NCBI GenBank assembly: GCA_051294375.1
Contig: CM119271.1
Location: forward strand, 4,403,910-4,467,909
Source: Paraspadella gotoi
Taxonomy: Eukaryota; Animalia; Chaetognatha
Reading direction: 5' to 3'
DNA: 64,000 bases
A model generated the notes under the pieces. The model had not been told where the DNA came from. It made no database searches and saw nothing but the letters and a program-made list of their open reading frames with translations. Below, one piece after another: positions 1 through 12,701 of this stretch; the stretch's first letter is position 1; every line of letters starts with the position of its first letter. Made by a program: the position numbers and the translations under genes.

Positions 1-947
1 AAAAAAGGAGAGAACGAAGCCGAACGTGGGCGAAGTGGTTGGGCGCTTTGAAATGTGGACGAAGTAGTCGAGAGTGGTTTCAAGAGTGGTCGGGAGTGGT
101 CGGAGGAAACTGTTTCGTGTAGTTGTCAACGCGCCAGTGGTTGAAATGATAACCGTGATTCGAGAATTGAAAATAAATTCACGTTATGTCGTTAGGAGAA
201 GAAAAGTTTTGAATCGAAGAATGAAAATCCAGCGAGGGGATCCGACTTAGGAAAGATCGAAATTCGACCACGCCCTCTTCTTGAATGAGTTGCATCAGAA
301 GCAAAGATGATCGTTGTTTTCGACTGATCTGTGGATTTAAGGTTATGATGTGGCTTGAGAATGCTTTAGCCCTCTCACCAGTAATGAAAAGATTAGGGGC
401 TTGGAACCAGCCTAGGGGATTTTCCGATTTACGGCCGGCCCATAATGTTATATTTTGAAAAAGAGCCTCCAGGTTAACGCCCTGCTCCTTTCTCGGTCCG
501 CCTATTTCGTTTACTCGATGCTGCTTGTAAGGTAGGTACAATAAGCCACAGGGTCATAAATGACGGTTCGTCGTCTATCAATCTTTGCCATGCCTGCTAC
601 GGATCCTTTTGCAGGAGTTTTAATTTAGCAAAATTGTATTTAATGGTATTTATTGTATTTATTTGACGAAAAAATTTATTTATCGGACGCCAAAAATATA
701 AGCTTTGCATCCAGGGTCGCCCTCCCAGTCCCTCATTCTCTTCCTCTTGAAGTTCCGAAAGATGATATATATGTCATCCGGGAAATCGGTCTCGCTAGGG
801 CGAGAAAAAAGAGAGAGAAGCATCGTGTTTGTTTACATTCACTGGGTTCGTATCACGTGACAAAAAATAATCTTTCCGCCCCGGAGAAATTTAAGCGAAA
901 GATAGGGAGGGGTGAAAAAAATGGAGGCGGGAAGGAGAGAGAGAGAG

Positions 948-1001
<54 letters not shown>

Positions 1002-2308
1002 GAGAGACATTTGAGACACTCTCTTTCCCCCCCCTCTCGCTCTCTTGGCTCATTAATTCTTGTTTATGTTTTTTTTTTTGCCTCCTTGTCACGAGTAATT
1101 GAGCTCAGAAACGGAGCTAATCAACGAGGAGTGAGATGGAGTGGAGAAAGTGGGTTGTGGGTGGATGCGTGGGTGGTTAAAGTGTGGGTGGAGGTGAAAA
1201 TTAGAGTGGAAGTGTGAATATTGGTGGTCATCACAGAAGACAATTGCAGTACCTCGTCTTGTCTAATCTCACCTCTCCCTTTTTCTCTCCTCCTTTTCCG
1301 TTGATTTTTAAGGCTGGCAATTATTTAATTTAATTTTTAAATTTCGTTATATGATTTTCTCAAACTGAAACACGCCAGCCACTTAATTTATTTTCTCATC
1401 CTCGTAAAATCGAAAAAAAAAATCTCTATTATTCATCCCATTATTTTCTCCCTTAAAATAACCAAAAAATAAAAAAAATGTTCATTATTCATTCTATTTT
1501 TCTTTTCCAAAGTTAAGCCGATTCATTATTCATTCCATTTTCTCTCGAAACTCGATATACTTTATCCGTCTCTTTTAAAAACTGTGAGTAGTAAGTATAA
1601 TACTGTACAATTATATTTACGAAAACGACAGGGAAAAATTGTTGCAGCTGTTATTATGATCTTATTGTTGGTGTAAGTATTTCGTAGTAATAACTTTGAT
1701 TAAATTACACGAAGTCTTGGCAAAAAAAGTCACGAGCGTCAACGACAACGTTCGCCAACGGATGTTGCAAGTGCGACATCGCGACAGTGGGTGAAAACGA
1801 ACGAGCAAAACGTAAACGATACTTAGCGGTCCTTGACGACGACGACGAACGACGTCGACCCTAGACGAGTCAGTCCATCATAATAAAAAAGCATCCACCC
1901 ACCCGAGAATTAACGTTTTTGCTTTCTTTGTTTTCTTCCTTTCTCTCGCGATGTCATCAATCAAGAGTTAATAACTTACTTTTCCTTCATGCCAACCATG
2001 CTCACTGTCTATATACTATTCCACCCAATAATGTTTAGGCAAAGTGTCCTCACTTTTTTTCCTCAATATCGAGGCCCGCAACTTCCGCCATGGATCTCAG
2101 GCTCTTGTGTAAGAATGTACAACCGGATGTCGTACTAACGTGGGCGTGGCCAGAATCTGTTGTAAACGACGCCGATACACCTAGTTATCCGATGCGGAAA
2201 CGAGAAATGAGATAGCGTCATAGATTTCTTCGGTCATTTCTTAGTATGTCTTATATAATAGCTTTAGATATATGGATTGTAGCTCCGTGCGGGAAACCTG
2301 AATATATC
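1..2308. repeat. Left arm of a ~2.3 kb inverted duplication (partner 3453-5797); probably extends past the window start
   Basis: The reverse complement of 1-83 matches ~5712-5797 (ttgaaacca...ctctcctttttt). The reverse complement of 2261-2308 matches 3453-3500 (atattccaggttatcccgcacggagctacaatccatata). The arms are collinear in between, with many small indels. Confidence 0.95.
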
Positions 2309-2915
2309 CTTGTCAATAACTTAATTATTAGTTATTCTATTAAATTGTATTCAATTAGTATTTACATTTTTTAAAAACTCGCTGTACGTCCTCGCCATAC
2401 ATAAATAATTATCCATGATATTCTATTAAATTTAATCATTAAATGAATTACAAAATTCAGTTCGGCGTCCGAATGAGAAAAATTCTGTCTCGAGAACCCT
2501 TTAGCAAAAGTAATAAATACGAAGGGATAATATAGGAAGAAAAATGAAGGATATAAAGTAAAAATAGGTTAATAGAAGAAGAAACAGAATTGTTAGTTAA
2601 GTTATTGATCAAAGTTTAATGTAAGTAACTAACATTACTTCTAAGATTCCGCAGTTAAATTGATTTATTTTTTATATATATTAAACGTTTTGGAGAAGAA
2701 AAAATATATCTTGTAAATACAGAAAATTAAGATTAATCAGTTCTCAAAATAGAAAAAATCACAGCGTCTACCCTCAGGACCAAAATTTGCTTGGAGCTCA
2801 TAAAATGCGGCAGCCATCTGCATGCTATCGACATTAAAAAGGCTTTATATATATATATTTAATATTAATGAGACGGAGAGGTGAAAAGAAGAGAGGAAGC
2901 CCGTTCCTCTTTAAG
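2305..2915 (+). repeat. Noisy copy of the start of the ~9.7 kb unit (homologous to ~15897-16150) with ~335 bp extra at 2401-2737
   Basis: tccttgtcaataacttaat...gctgtacgtcctcgccatac (to 2400) matches 15902-15995. cagttctcaaaatagaa...gctatcgacattaaaaaggcttt (2738-2846) matches 15998-16092. Confidence 0.85.
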
Positions 2916-3321
2916 AGATAAGATAAAAGAAAAATCTCAGCTGGACATAATAAATATCTGAGATGAGGAGAGAGAGATATATAATATATGCAGATGCGAT
3001 GAACTGCAGAGATAAAGTAGAGATGGAAAAGAGCACGAGAGATAGCGAATGCGCGAGTGTATTTGATGATATATGCGAGAATAGAGATAGGAGAGCATGA
3101 GCTGATACTCGAGAGACGGTGGTATGATGGATCGAAATTCTCCGATTTGAAATTATAATGACAAATTCAAATTCCTTGGTTATAAGTAAACAATGTGAAA
3201 GAACGAACGGAAATTGGAAAGGTGATCGTAACGAAAGATAGGCGCGGGAAAGAGAGGAGTAGAGATGAGTGCGTTTATGCATGCTCTTCTCTTTCTNNNN
3301 NNNNNNNNNNNNNNNNNNNNN

Positions 3322-3425
3322 CCAAATAATGTTTAGGCAAAGTTCCTCACTTTTTCTCCTCAATTTTCGTGGCCGCCAACTTCGCCATGGATCTCAGCTC
3401 TTGTTTAAGAATGTACAACCGGATG
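3322..3425 (+). repeat. 104-bp island between two 25-N gaps; direct copy of ~2025-2128
   Basis: ccaaataatgtttaggcaaag...aatgtacaaccggatg matches 2025-2128. Confidence 0.9.
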
Positions 3426-3624
3426 NNNNNNNNNNNNNNNNNNNNNNNNNGGCAGTATATTCCAGGTTATCCCGCACGGAGCTACAATCCATATAGCTAT
3501 ATATAAGACATACTAGACAATGATCCGAAGAATCTATGACGCTATGCTCATTTCTCGTTTGCATTCGGAAACTAGGTGTATCGGCGTGCCGTTTACAACA
3601 GATCTGGCCACGCCCACGTTAGTA

Positions 3625-3781
3625 CCACATCCGGATTGTATTCATTCTTAACAGGCCTGAAGATCGCTGGCGGAAGTTGGCGGCCTACGAATTGAGGAGA
3701 GAAAAAGTGAGGACACTCTTGGCCTAAACATTATTGGGTGAATAAGTATATAGACAGTGAGCATGGTTGGATGAAGGAAAA
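3625..3781 (+). CDS. Candidate host exon, unknown product (mirrored on the minus strand at ~1980-2130)
   Basis: A consensus of the three copies reads IRLYILKQELRSMAKLAATKIEE-SEELCLNII and ends at a strong donor, gaaaa|gtaagt (3782). The frame needs indel correction. Confidence 0.35.
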
Positions 3782-4807
3782 GTAAGTTATTAACTCTTGA
3801 TTGATGACATCGCGAGAGAAAGCGAGAGAGAAAAAAGAATAGCAAAAAGTTAATTCTCGGTGGGGGATGCTTTTTTATTATGATGCGACTCGACTCGTCT
3901 AGGGTCGACGTCGTTGTCGTCGTCGTTCAAGGACCGCTAAGTATCGTTTATCGTTTGCTCGTTCGTTTTCACCCCTGTCGCGATGTCGCACTTGCAACAT
4001 CGTTGCGAACGTTGTCGTTTGACTGCTCGTGACTTTTTTTGCCAAGATTCGTGTAATTTAATCTAAAGTTATTATACTGCTAATATACTTAACATCGACC
4101 AACAATATAGATCATAATAAACAGCTGCACAAATTTTTCCCTTGTCGTTTTCGTAAATATAATTTGTACAGTATTATCCTTACTACTCACAGTTTTTAAA
4201 GAGACGGATGAAGTATAATCGAGTTCGAGAGAAAATGGAATGAATAATGAATCGGCTTAACTTGAAAAGAAAAATAGACATGAATAATGAATCCATTTTT
4301 TTTTTATTTTTGGTTATTTTAAGTGGAGACAATAAATGGGAATGAATAATAGAGATTTTTTTTCGATTTACGTAGGATGAGAAATTATATATTTAAGTGG
4401 CTGGCGTGTTCAGTTTGGAAATCATAACGAAAGTTTTCAAAAATTACGAGATTCATAATTGCCAGCCTAAAAAATTAACGGACAAAGAAGGAGAGTAAAA
4501 AAGGGAGAGGATGAGATTGAACAAGACGATGTACTGCAATTGTCTTTTCTGTGATTGACCACTCAATATTTCACCACTTTCCACTCTAATCTTCACCTTC
4601 CACACCACAATTTAACCACCGCACACAGGCATCCCACCCACAACCCACTTTTCTCACTCCAATCTCACTCCCTGTTGATTAGCTCCGTTTTCTGAGCTCA
4701 ATTACTCGTAGACAAGGAGGCAAAAAAAACATAAAACAAGATTAATGAGCCAAGAGAGCAGCAGGGGGGGGAAAGAGAAGTGTTTAATATGTCTCTCTTC
4801 TCTCTCG

Positions 4808-4839
<32 letters not shown>

Positions 4840-5179
4840 CCCCCCCTCTCCTCGCCTCCCATTTTTCCCACCCTCCCTATCTTTCGCTTAAATTTCTCCG
4901 GGGCGAAAAGATTATTTTTTGTCACGTGATAACGAACCCAGTTGATATGTAAACAAAAAACGATGCTTCTCTCTTCTTTTTTTTTCGGCCCAGTCACGCG
5001 AGAACCCGGAATTTTCCGGATGACCATATATATATCTTTCAGAACTTTCAAGAGGAGAGAAATGAGGGACTGGGAGGGCGACCCTGAATGCAAATGCTTA
5101 TATTTTTGGCGTCCGAATAAATAAAATTTTTTAGTCACAATACAATACAATATAATACCATTTAATACAATTTTGCTAA

Positions 5180-5590
5180 TTAAACTCCTTGCAATAGGAA
5201 TCGTAGCCATGGCAATATTGTATAGACGACGAACCGTCATTTATGACCCTTGGCTTATTGTACTACCTTACAAGCAGCAATCGAGTAACGAAATAGGGCG
5301 GAACCAGAGAGGAACAGGGCGTTACTGGAGGCTCTTTTTCAATTAACATTATGGCCGGCCGTAATCGGAAAATCCCCCTTGGCTGTTCCAGCCCCTAATA
5401 CTTTTCATTTACTGGTGAAGAGGGCTAGCATCCAGCCACATCATATTACCAAATCCATCAGTCAGTCGAAAAACAACGCATCATCTTTTGGCTTCTGATG
5501 CAACTCATTCAGAAGGAAGCGGTTAAGCGTGGTCTGAATTTCGATCTTTCCCTAAGTCGGATCCCCTCGCTTGGATTTCATTTCTTCTCT
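5180..5590 (+). CDS. Candidate host exon, unknown product (mirrored on the minus strand at 179-620)
   Basis: The left-arm copy gives a non-repetitive open frame (AWQRLIDDEPSFMTLWLMYLPYKQHRVNEIGGPRKEQGVNLEALF...) in a GC-richer block. No recognisable domain. Confidence 0.3.
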
Positions 5591-6471
5591 TATACGACAT
5601 AACCGTGTAATTTATTTCAATTCTCGATCCGGCTTATATTTCAACCACATGGCGGCGTAGCGTTGATATATACATCGAAACAGTTTCCTCCGACCACCTC
5701 CCGACGCACTATTGAAACCAACTTCTCGACTACTCGTCACAATTTCATAAGCGCCAACACACTTTCGCCAGTTCGGGCTTCGTATCTCTCCTTTTTTTCT
5801 ACTTTCTCTGCTGCCAAATCTAATCCCATTTCCTGACAACTTTTATGTCGTGAAACGACCGGCGACGACACGCGAACGACGACGACGACGACGACGACGA
5901 CGACCGAAGATCACAATCACGTCTCCTTTGTTTTTTTGTCAACAAACGCGAGCGAAAAATATGAGGCCATTGACTCCGAAACATGGGGCATTGGGGCGAT
6001 GCTCCAATGCCCGCAATGCTCGCGACGACCCCCCCTAAGGAGCCCGGTTCCTTTCACTCCTGAATTCTCACCGGAAAATGTGACGCCATTTAATCCTCCA
6101 ACCTAAACTACCCGCGACCTTAAGCCATCTTCACCACCTAAACGATCACACTCACCAATCACCAAATCACCACTCACACTTCTCAACACTCACTTCCGCC
6201 CCTTTTTTTAGAATCAGCCTGTCGTTCGTCTTAAGACTTTCGCAGTCAATTTTCGGAGCCTTGGATCTACGAAATTGTCTTCGGCGTCTGTCCAAAACAT
6301 TTTATGCGCTTTATAAGTTTGTTTGTCTCTTCTTAAAGCTGAGATGCAAATTTCGAAGATTACTTAACTCGTTTTCTAATATTAGAAACTAAAAATTTTA
6401 AAAGGATATAAAAATATAGATATATAATATTCACAGTTATAATGATTAGATTTAATTTATCATCGTCATTT

Positions 6472-6964
6472 TAAAAGTTGGGCACTTTTTGGCTATAAAG
6501 TCAAAGTTTATTATCATTTGATAATTACGGAGCGACGATAATTAACAATTACATACGTTAAGATATTATGCGATCGGACTGAATCGAGGCAGCGTCAAAT
6601 TTTACCAGTGACTTGATCCGTTTGTTTGGTTTATGGATAGATCTATAAAATACGTTTTAAGCAATATTCGATTACATAAAAATGTTAAATCATGTGAAAG
6701 ATTAAGGTACAATCGAGTACGTTTCAAAACTGTAATGATCTCATTGTACATTGAATATTCTATCAGAATATAACACTGATGATCTTTATCTGATACCTAT
6801 GTTTTTTTAAAAAACGTTTCAATCTTCTTAGAGGCTGTGAAATCTTTAGTTTGTGCTTTTCGTATAGCCTTTCTCTGCATTAGTCGGTTTTCGCCGCTCT
6901 GCCAATGCGCGTTGATGTGCGTAGAATATTGTCCCGTGTCGCTGCATCTCCGACAGCGTCTTAT
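6472..6964 (-). repeat. 3' LTR of the Gypsy element
   Basis: Collinear with 11210-11655 (ggcacttttt...ttatcatttgataattac...aggctgtgaaatctttagtt...acagcgtc), with ~30 nt extra at 6778-6808. Confidence 0.9.
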
Positions 6965-6965
6965 G

Positions 6966-6974
6966 CCCGCCCCC
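6966..6974 (-). promoter_or_regulatory. Polypurine tract of the Gypsy element
   Basis: The minus strand reads GGGGGCGGGC immediately before the 3' LTR. Confidence 0.6.
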
Positions 6975-6999
6975 AAGACGACGTCTCGGTAGAGATGGA

Positions 7000-9900
7000 G
7001 GAGTTGATGCGGAATAGCGTAAAGGGGGGGCGACGGACCCTCCGTCGGCCTCGGGTTGCTTGTTGAAGACGACGTCGGGATCTCCGGCTCGGCGACTAGC
7101 GGGCTGAGTGCTTCTTTCGTCAACTGCGGGCTGAGTGCGTCGCCGTCTGCGGCTGGGAGAGAGCGGAGTGGGTGGACTGTCCACGCCTGAGGGCAGGCAC
7201 GCCGCAGGGGATGGTCGGAGCGCCGCTCGCGTCTTCCGACAATAATCGGGCTTGAGGCGGTCGACCGGACTTCGCAAGAGCGTCGGCAAAGTCAGAAGCG
7301 ATTTTGGCATGCGGGAGACGACCCCTTCGCGGTCGCAGTAGTAGACCTGGTAGAGGGCTCTACGCGTGAGCGTGCAGGCGGACCAACGGACTGATAGGTC
7401 TCTATACGCGAAGTCTTTGGGGTATGATCAATGCCTGGCGTGTGCCGTCGACCGGTTCGAAGGGCGTCCATTTCGCGCCGCAGGCTTGGCCAGCACGCGC
7501 ATCAGGATCGGGAGCAGTGTGCTTCGTCCGGATATATAGGCCGGAGCCGCCAGATCTTCTCCAGAGTGACCAATAGCCGGGAATAGCTATTAAGGTCGGC
7601 CTTGGTGAACGAGCGGTAGGATCCCAGGAGGACCCAAGGGAGCTTGTCCCCAGATCGCGCCAGACAGCTATGGCGCGCACATGCTTCGACTGCTTATGAG
7701 GTCTCGGTGGACACCTCTCCACCATTCCGTTTGGTCCTGATGGGTGATAAGATGTCGTATCGATTGCACGTTTGGCGCCGTAGAGACGCTGCCAGTGGCG
7801 CCTACATGTCTCAGAAACGAACTGTAGCTATCCAGAGTACGACGTTATGTGAAGTGGGAGGAAAACGTCGCGATCCCACCCTTATGGAGAAGGCTTGCAC
7901 TACCGTCTTGTCGGCCACTGTATATCCAGACAAGGGCAACGCCTTCTGGCCAGCGGCTTGAACGGTACACACGGTGAGAGTAGATAAGAGGCGCCGCGAG
8001 ATGGGGCCGACAAGATCTACGTGAACATGTTTGGAATGTCTCTAGCCCGGGTGCGACTCTCTTCGAAGCGCCGCCGAGGCGTGGACGCGGAACTCTTGCA
8101 GCCTTTGACTATTGCGGGCAGGCAGTGCCAACCGTGTTGACGTCTTTTGTGACGCCGGGCCAGACAATCTTTTAGAGACGAGATGAGTTTCGACTCTTGA
8201 TTACCCGGATGAGATAAGTTGTGGATGGGTCAAAACGTCCCGGCGCCATTGGCGAGGTACCGTTGACCGGACGGCGACGCGCGTCCGCGACATCGAGATG
8301 ACTGCGATGCCTGTCGAGCAGAAGCTTCTTTCAGGACAAACGCTGTCCTCTCAGCGGCGAAGAGCGCTGTAATCCGGATCTGTCTTCTGGTCAGTTGGCG
8401 ATGGCGGCGAAATCGAGTCGGCCTAGAGCCGACCAGCCCACCGGCGACATCCTCCTGGAATGACGACAGCGGGAAAGCGCGTCGGCGACGACGTTTGACT
8501 TGCCCCGAGATGTGGCGGAAGTCCGTCGTATATCAGAGATGGCGGCGAGTTGATTTCGCGCTGTCGGGCAGATCTTGCTGTCGTTTTCATTCGCGGATGG
8601 ATGGAACCAAACTCAACGTGATCCGTAATAGCCGTGAACGGGCGACCTTACGAGAAATACCGGAAATGGGCGGACGGGTCCAAGTGCCGCCGCCAGAGCT
8701 CCCGGTCGTAAGGAGGATAGCGTTGTTGCCCGTTCATGCAACGGTTTTGGAGAAAAAGGCGAGAGAACGCCAATGACCGCCAGACGCTTTGTTCCAGCCA
8801 CGCGCCGGATGGCGATGTCCAGAAGCATCTTTTTACTGGTGAGAGCGGGTCGGCAGCGCCGAGTCACCTCGGGTGTATGAGCATTGTGGCTGAGGCGAGG
8901 GCTTCCTTGGCGCTTCAAAAAGCGCCGATCCTGCTCTGGTGTCCAATCCACAGTCTTCGGTTGGCGGGCGGCCTCGGAGCGCCGCGTAAAGAGCGCCATC
9001 TTGTCGGCCGCAGAAGGAATAAACGATGAAAAAATTGAGCATTCCGAGGACCTTTGGAGGTCCTTGATTGACGCGGGGCGCGGTAAAAAGCGCGGATAGC
9101 CGCCACCTTCGAAGGCAAGCGGCTCCACCCCTTCTGCGTAATCCTATGGCCGAGGAAGTCCAAAGGATTGGCACCGCCGAAATAAGGCATTCTCCTCCTT
9201 CTGACGACGAAGACCATGTTGTACAGACGCTCGAAAAGGCCGCGAAGATGCACTTCGTGTTGTTGAGCGTCCCTCGACGCGACGAGGATGTAATCCAAGT
9301 AGACAAACAGCCGGGGATCCCCCGGCAGACCCGAGTCCATTAGACGCTTGGAAGCCTGAGCCCCGTTCTTTAGTCAAAAGGCATCGCAGGTATTTCATAA
9401 GACCCAAAAAGGAAGTGATGATCGCCGGTCTTTGGAACAGTCTTCAGGCGCCACCGGTATCTGATGATAACCTTTGAGAAGGTGCGATCTTGCTGAAAAC
9501 GGTCAATGCCCCGCCATAGTCGGCGGAGAAAATCATGGAGAATGCCTTCAGCCGGGTAACGGTCGTCCTGACGTCACGGCGTTCAGACGGCGGTAATTCG
9601 CCGCATGCCGCGGAAGACCGTCTCGTCGGCTTTAGACACGACGGAAGCGGGCGAAGCCCATGGCTTGACGATGGTGTCGGACGATGCCGAGCCGCCCAAC
9701 GGCGAACTCGTCTCGCCGCCGCCAGCCTCCGGAACAGACCTTGCTTCTCGCGAAAACCGGATGACCTGGTCTGGAATAGATGGACCACGCCAGACCTCGG
9801 CCGGCGGACGAGATAAGTGGGCGTCGTCAGTCAGGGCTAAATCGCGGTCAGTGATGAAGACATTGTTTCACGCTCCGGGCGGTGGACCGCTCGTAGGCGA

Positions 9901-10230
9901 CGGCGTTGGGCGCTGCAGCGGGATTCGTTTCGAACGTGCGTGGCGTCGACGAGCCTCTTGTGGCCACGTCGACTAGGAGACCATCGGCGTCGGAGGAAAT
10001 CGGCGCCCAAAATTGGCCGCGTCACGTCGCTACGACAAAACGGCCAACTAAGTCTGACGTGAGAGACGGGAGTCCATGGTCCTTGATCCCGTAGGCGGGA
10101 ATGGAGGAACCATTCGCCGCTCGTAGCGGCGTCGAGGCCGCCCGGTTGCCTTATCCGAGGCAGGAGGCCGGCAAAAGACTGACCTCGGCACCAGTGTTCG
10201 AGCGAGGAACTCGAAGGCCGGAAGTATAAT
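7000..10230 (-). pseudogene. pol: pol (protease, RT, RNase H, integrase), frameshifted as assembled
   Basis: Motifs read across frameshifts. Protease: FL(VD)TGAEVSLLP (~10168-10209), AANGSSIPAYG, VTRPILGADFL. RT: SSPWASP, TVFSKI, FQRLMDS, FVYLDYILVAS (~9275-9307), LDFLGHRIT, LGMLNF. RNase H: LAFFSK, NVVADA. Integrase: HNLSHPG, HVHVDLVGP, NGMVER, DRLKP (~7250). Confidence 0.93.
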
Positions 10231-10289
10231 CCCGGACCAGGAGCAGAGATGATCGCCGACCCGATCAATTGCTCATTTGTCCGGCCGCT

Positions 10290-11061
10290 CGGGCGTTTCC
10301 CGGCCTGATTCTTCTTTTCTTGTCGCCGGCCTTGTGGGTGCACGGCGGTTTTGCAGGCGCCGAGCGTCCTTGCCGAAACTTGCGATGAAATACCAGCACA
10401 TTGTCCATGCCGGCTGCAGAGGCTGCGAAACAGTCTGGCATTCCTTCCGCCGTCAAGACCATCGCGGAGTTCCTTGACGCCGGGCATCGGCGGGGTGAAG
10501 CCAGTGCCATGTCGGGGGAGTCCGTACCGATCGTTCACCATTGGGTGGCCAATCGGCGTCGAAATACTTCGCCGCCGCCTTGGCGAGATCCTCAGCTCCG
10601 GCCGGGCGTCTGGAGTGACCACGGCGGCCGACCTTCGAGGGAGGGCCTTCAGCGTGAGGGCCCGCAGCAGGTAGTCGACGTCCAAACCCTCTGCCGAGGG
10701 CCCGAGATGGCCAGTGAGAAAATCCGAGGGTGTTTTCCCCCAAGATTCGTAGAGGAAATTAGTTTCTCCGCCCGTTACGCCTTCGTCGGTTTGTAAGCGC
10801 CTCCAGTAGGCGCGATTTTGAGGGCCTCGTACGGATTCGGTTTTTGAAATTCTGGGGCGTCCGAGGAAAAAATCATCGTATTTCCGTGCCACTCCTCGTT
10901 CAAAGCCGTTACGACGTGGTGATACTTCGTTAAAGAAACCGAGATGTTCTTGACGGCGAAGTTGGGATCCGCTCGGACGAACCAGAGATCGGCGTCGTTG
11001 GTCCAGAACTCCGGAGTTTGACTGAGAACGGCCGATGTCAAAGGCGTTGAAGCAGCGCCAT
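10290..11061 (-). pseudogene. gag: gag with N-terminal LPxFW domain and C-terminal CHCC zinc motif, frameshifted as assembled
   Basis: PEFWTNDADLWFVRAD.NFAVKNISVSLTKYHHVVTAL at ~10900-11020. After indel correction, 10340-10398 reads CW(Y/F)HRKFGKDARACKPPC, i.e. C-x2-H-x9-C-x3-C. Confidence 0.88.
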
Positions 11062-11191
11062 TGCCGTCTTGGAAAAAGAGGCGGTTGGCGGAGAAAGAAA
11101 GGATTACCCTTAGAAAATCTTTTTAGATAGATCCCGTTCACGGTCTTTAAAAAGACCTGGAATCAGAAGGCAAGAAAAAAATAAATTCTTC

Positions 11192-11206
11192 CGTCGGGCT
11201 CAACCA
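11192..11206 (-). promoter_or_regulatory. Primer-binding site, tRNA-Trp type
   Basis: The minus strand reads TGGT(T)GAGCCCGACG, 3 nt after the 5' LTR. The complement of the metazoan tRNA-Trp 3' end is TGGTGACCCCGACG. Confidence 0.8.
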
Positions 11207-11209
11207 AAT

Positions 11210-11655
11210 TAAAGGGGCACTTTTTTGGCATAAGTAAAGTTTTATTATCATTTGATAATTACGAGCGACGATAATAACAATTAACACCTTAAATATTTTG
11301 GCGATCGGACCTGATCGAAAGCAGCGTAAAATTTTACCAGTGCACTTGAATCAGTTGTTTGTTTTATGGAATACAAAATACGTTTTACAATTAATTCGAT
11401 ACAATAAACAATGTTAAAATACATGTCGAACGAAAGGTACCAATCGAGTAGTTTACAAAAACTGTAATGATCGTCATTGTACATTGAATATTCTACAAAA
11501 TAAACACTAAAAAACGTTCAATCTCAGAGGCTGTGAAATCTTTAGTTGTGCTTTTCGTTAAGCCTTCTGATTCGTCGGTTTTCGCCGGCTCTGCCAATGC
11601 GCGTTGAAGGCGAGATATTTTGTCCCGTGTCGTGTATCCGAACAGCGTCCCTTCA
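11210..11655 (-). repeat. 5' LTR of the Gypsy element
   Basis: Begins TG on the minus strand (ca at 11654-11655), abuts the PBS and matches 6472-6964. Confidence 0.9.
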
Positions 11656-12701
11656 ATTTCTATTTAATAATGTAATGGGGAGGGGGAAAATACAACACAA
11701 GGTTAACAATTACTTTCTGCAAGTTTTCAGATATCACCTAGTTTTCAAATACATTTACAAAAAATTTTAAAAAACATTCGACATGATAAACAAATTTTAA
11801 AAAATCGCACTGAAGAGTGGGCCAGACCAAAAAGACAGACATACTGACAGTTGACGAGATTTACAATTCTCACTCAACGCGGACGCATCTCTGGAATATT
11901 TTTTTCAGCAATACAAACAGCTCTTGTCGTTTTAATTTATTTCGTTCATTTTTTCCGCCCATACACTTTTTTTTTTCTGAGAGAGAAAAAAAAATGCGTA
12001 GAAAAAGGAAAAAAATTCGGAACAACCGGATTAGCGCAAGCCAGTGATTCGGGAAGGGTTCATTCACCGTGAATGAAATGTTGGGCTGAAAACTCGGAGG
12101 GGAGAAAAACGAAAGAGAAGAGAAGAGAGGCAGAGAGAGAAGAGAGAAAGAGAGAGAGAGAGAGAGAGCAGTAAATCCAGTCACTTTTTTTCCACGAGGC
12201 TAAAGAGCTGGAATTCTCTCGCAGAGAAACGAAGATGAGAAAAGAAGAAAAAAGTAAGTTTACAGTTTCGCGCGAAAATAGAGAGAGAGTGTGGTGAGAT
12301 AGTGATGAGAGAGAGAGAGTGAGTTCTGAAGTGTTTAAAAAAGGTTTTAACGGCGAAAAAGTGAAAATGAGAACGGAGAAGAGGGAAAAGGGGCGGGCAG
12401 TTGGGGAGAGCATGATAGAAGGGCAGTGCTCCTAACGAGAAATGAATTGGCCTTTCTCCCCTTATTTATTATTTTTTTCTTTTTTCCAAAAATACGCGCC
12501 ACACCCCTGATATCTCAATATTTCAACTAATTCACAAGCCGCCCTGCGACTGCGTTCCTCTCCATTTCTTTCAACCCCCTATCTAATATACATCTCCTTT
12601 CCCCCACCATTCTTTCCACCATTTACCTTCCCCCGCCAACGGCCACCCGAATTTCACACCTCGTCTTCTCTCCCACCAATCTTTCCACTCCTCTTTCCCA
12701 A

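Larger units (their letters stand above)
3453..5797. repeat. Right arm of the inverted duplication
   Basis: Collinear reverse complement of 1-2308, including the (AG)n/(CT)n tract (935-1006 vs ~4790-4850). Begins right after the 25-N gap at 3426-3450. Confidence 0.95.
6472..11655 (-). mobile_element. Full-length Ty3/Gypsy LTR retrotransposon, CsRn1-like lineage
   Basis: Two direct LTRs, a tRNA-Trp-type PBS and a PPT. Domain order is gag (CHCC), protease, RT, RNase H, integrase. ATTT flanks both ends (6468-6471 and 11656-11659) as a candidate 4-bp target-site duplication. Confidence 0.95.

Noticed and set aside
653-1217. ORFs rich in ER, SL, RE, poly-T/D/R or X here and throughout the window
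   Set aside because: They are translations of (AG)n, (ACG)n, (GATA)n tracts or N-runs.
1266-1305. SMRTbell adapter remnant explaining the palindrome
   Set aside because: The resemblance is loose, the sequence is mirrored in the other arm (~4475-4520) and it is not at the centre of symmetry.
1-5797. Giant TIRs of a Polinton or foldback transposon
   Set aside because: The arms contain exon-like blocks and microsatellites, the spacer is gap-ridden host sequence, and no transposase or polymerase motifs are present.
9275-9307. YLDY instead of YLDD as a variant RT active site
   Set aside because: It is a single-base difference in a region full of read errors.
9837-11141. 434-aa minus-strand ORF as a novel protein
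   Set aside because: It drifts across frameshifted gag and protease; only short stretches (LLRAL.LKALP, RPILGADFL) are in the true frame.
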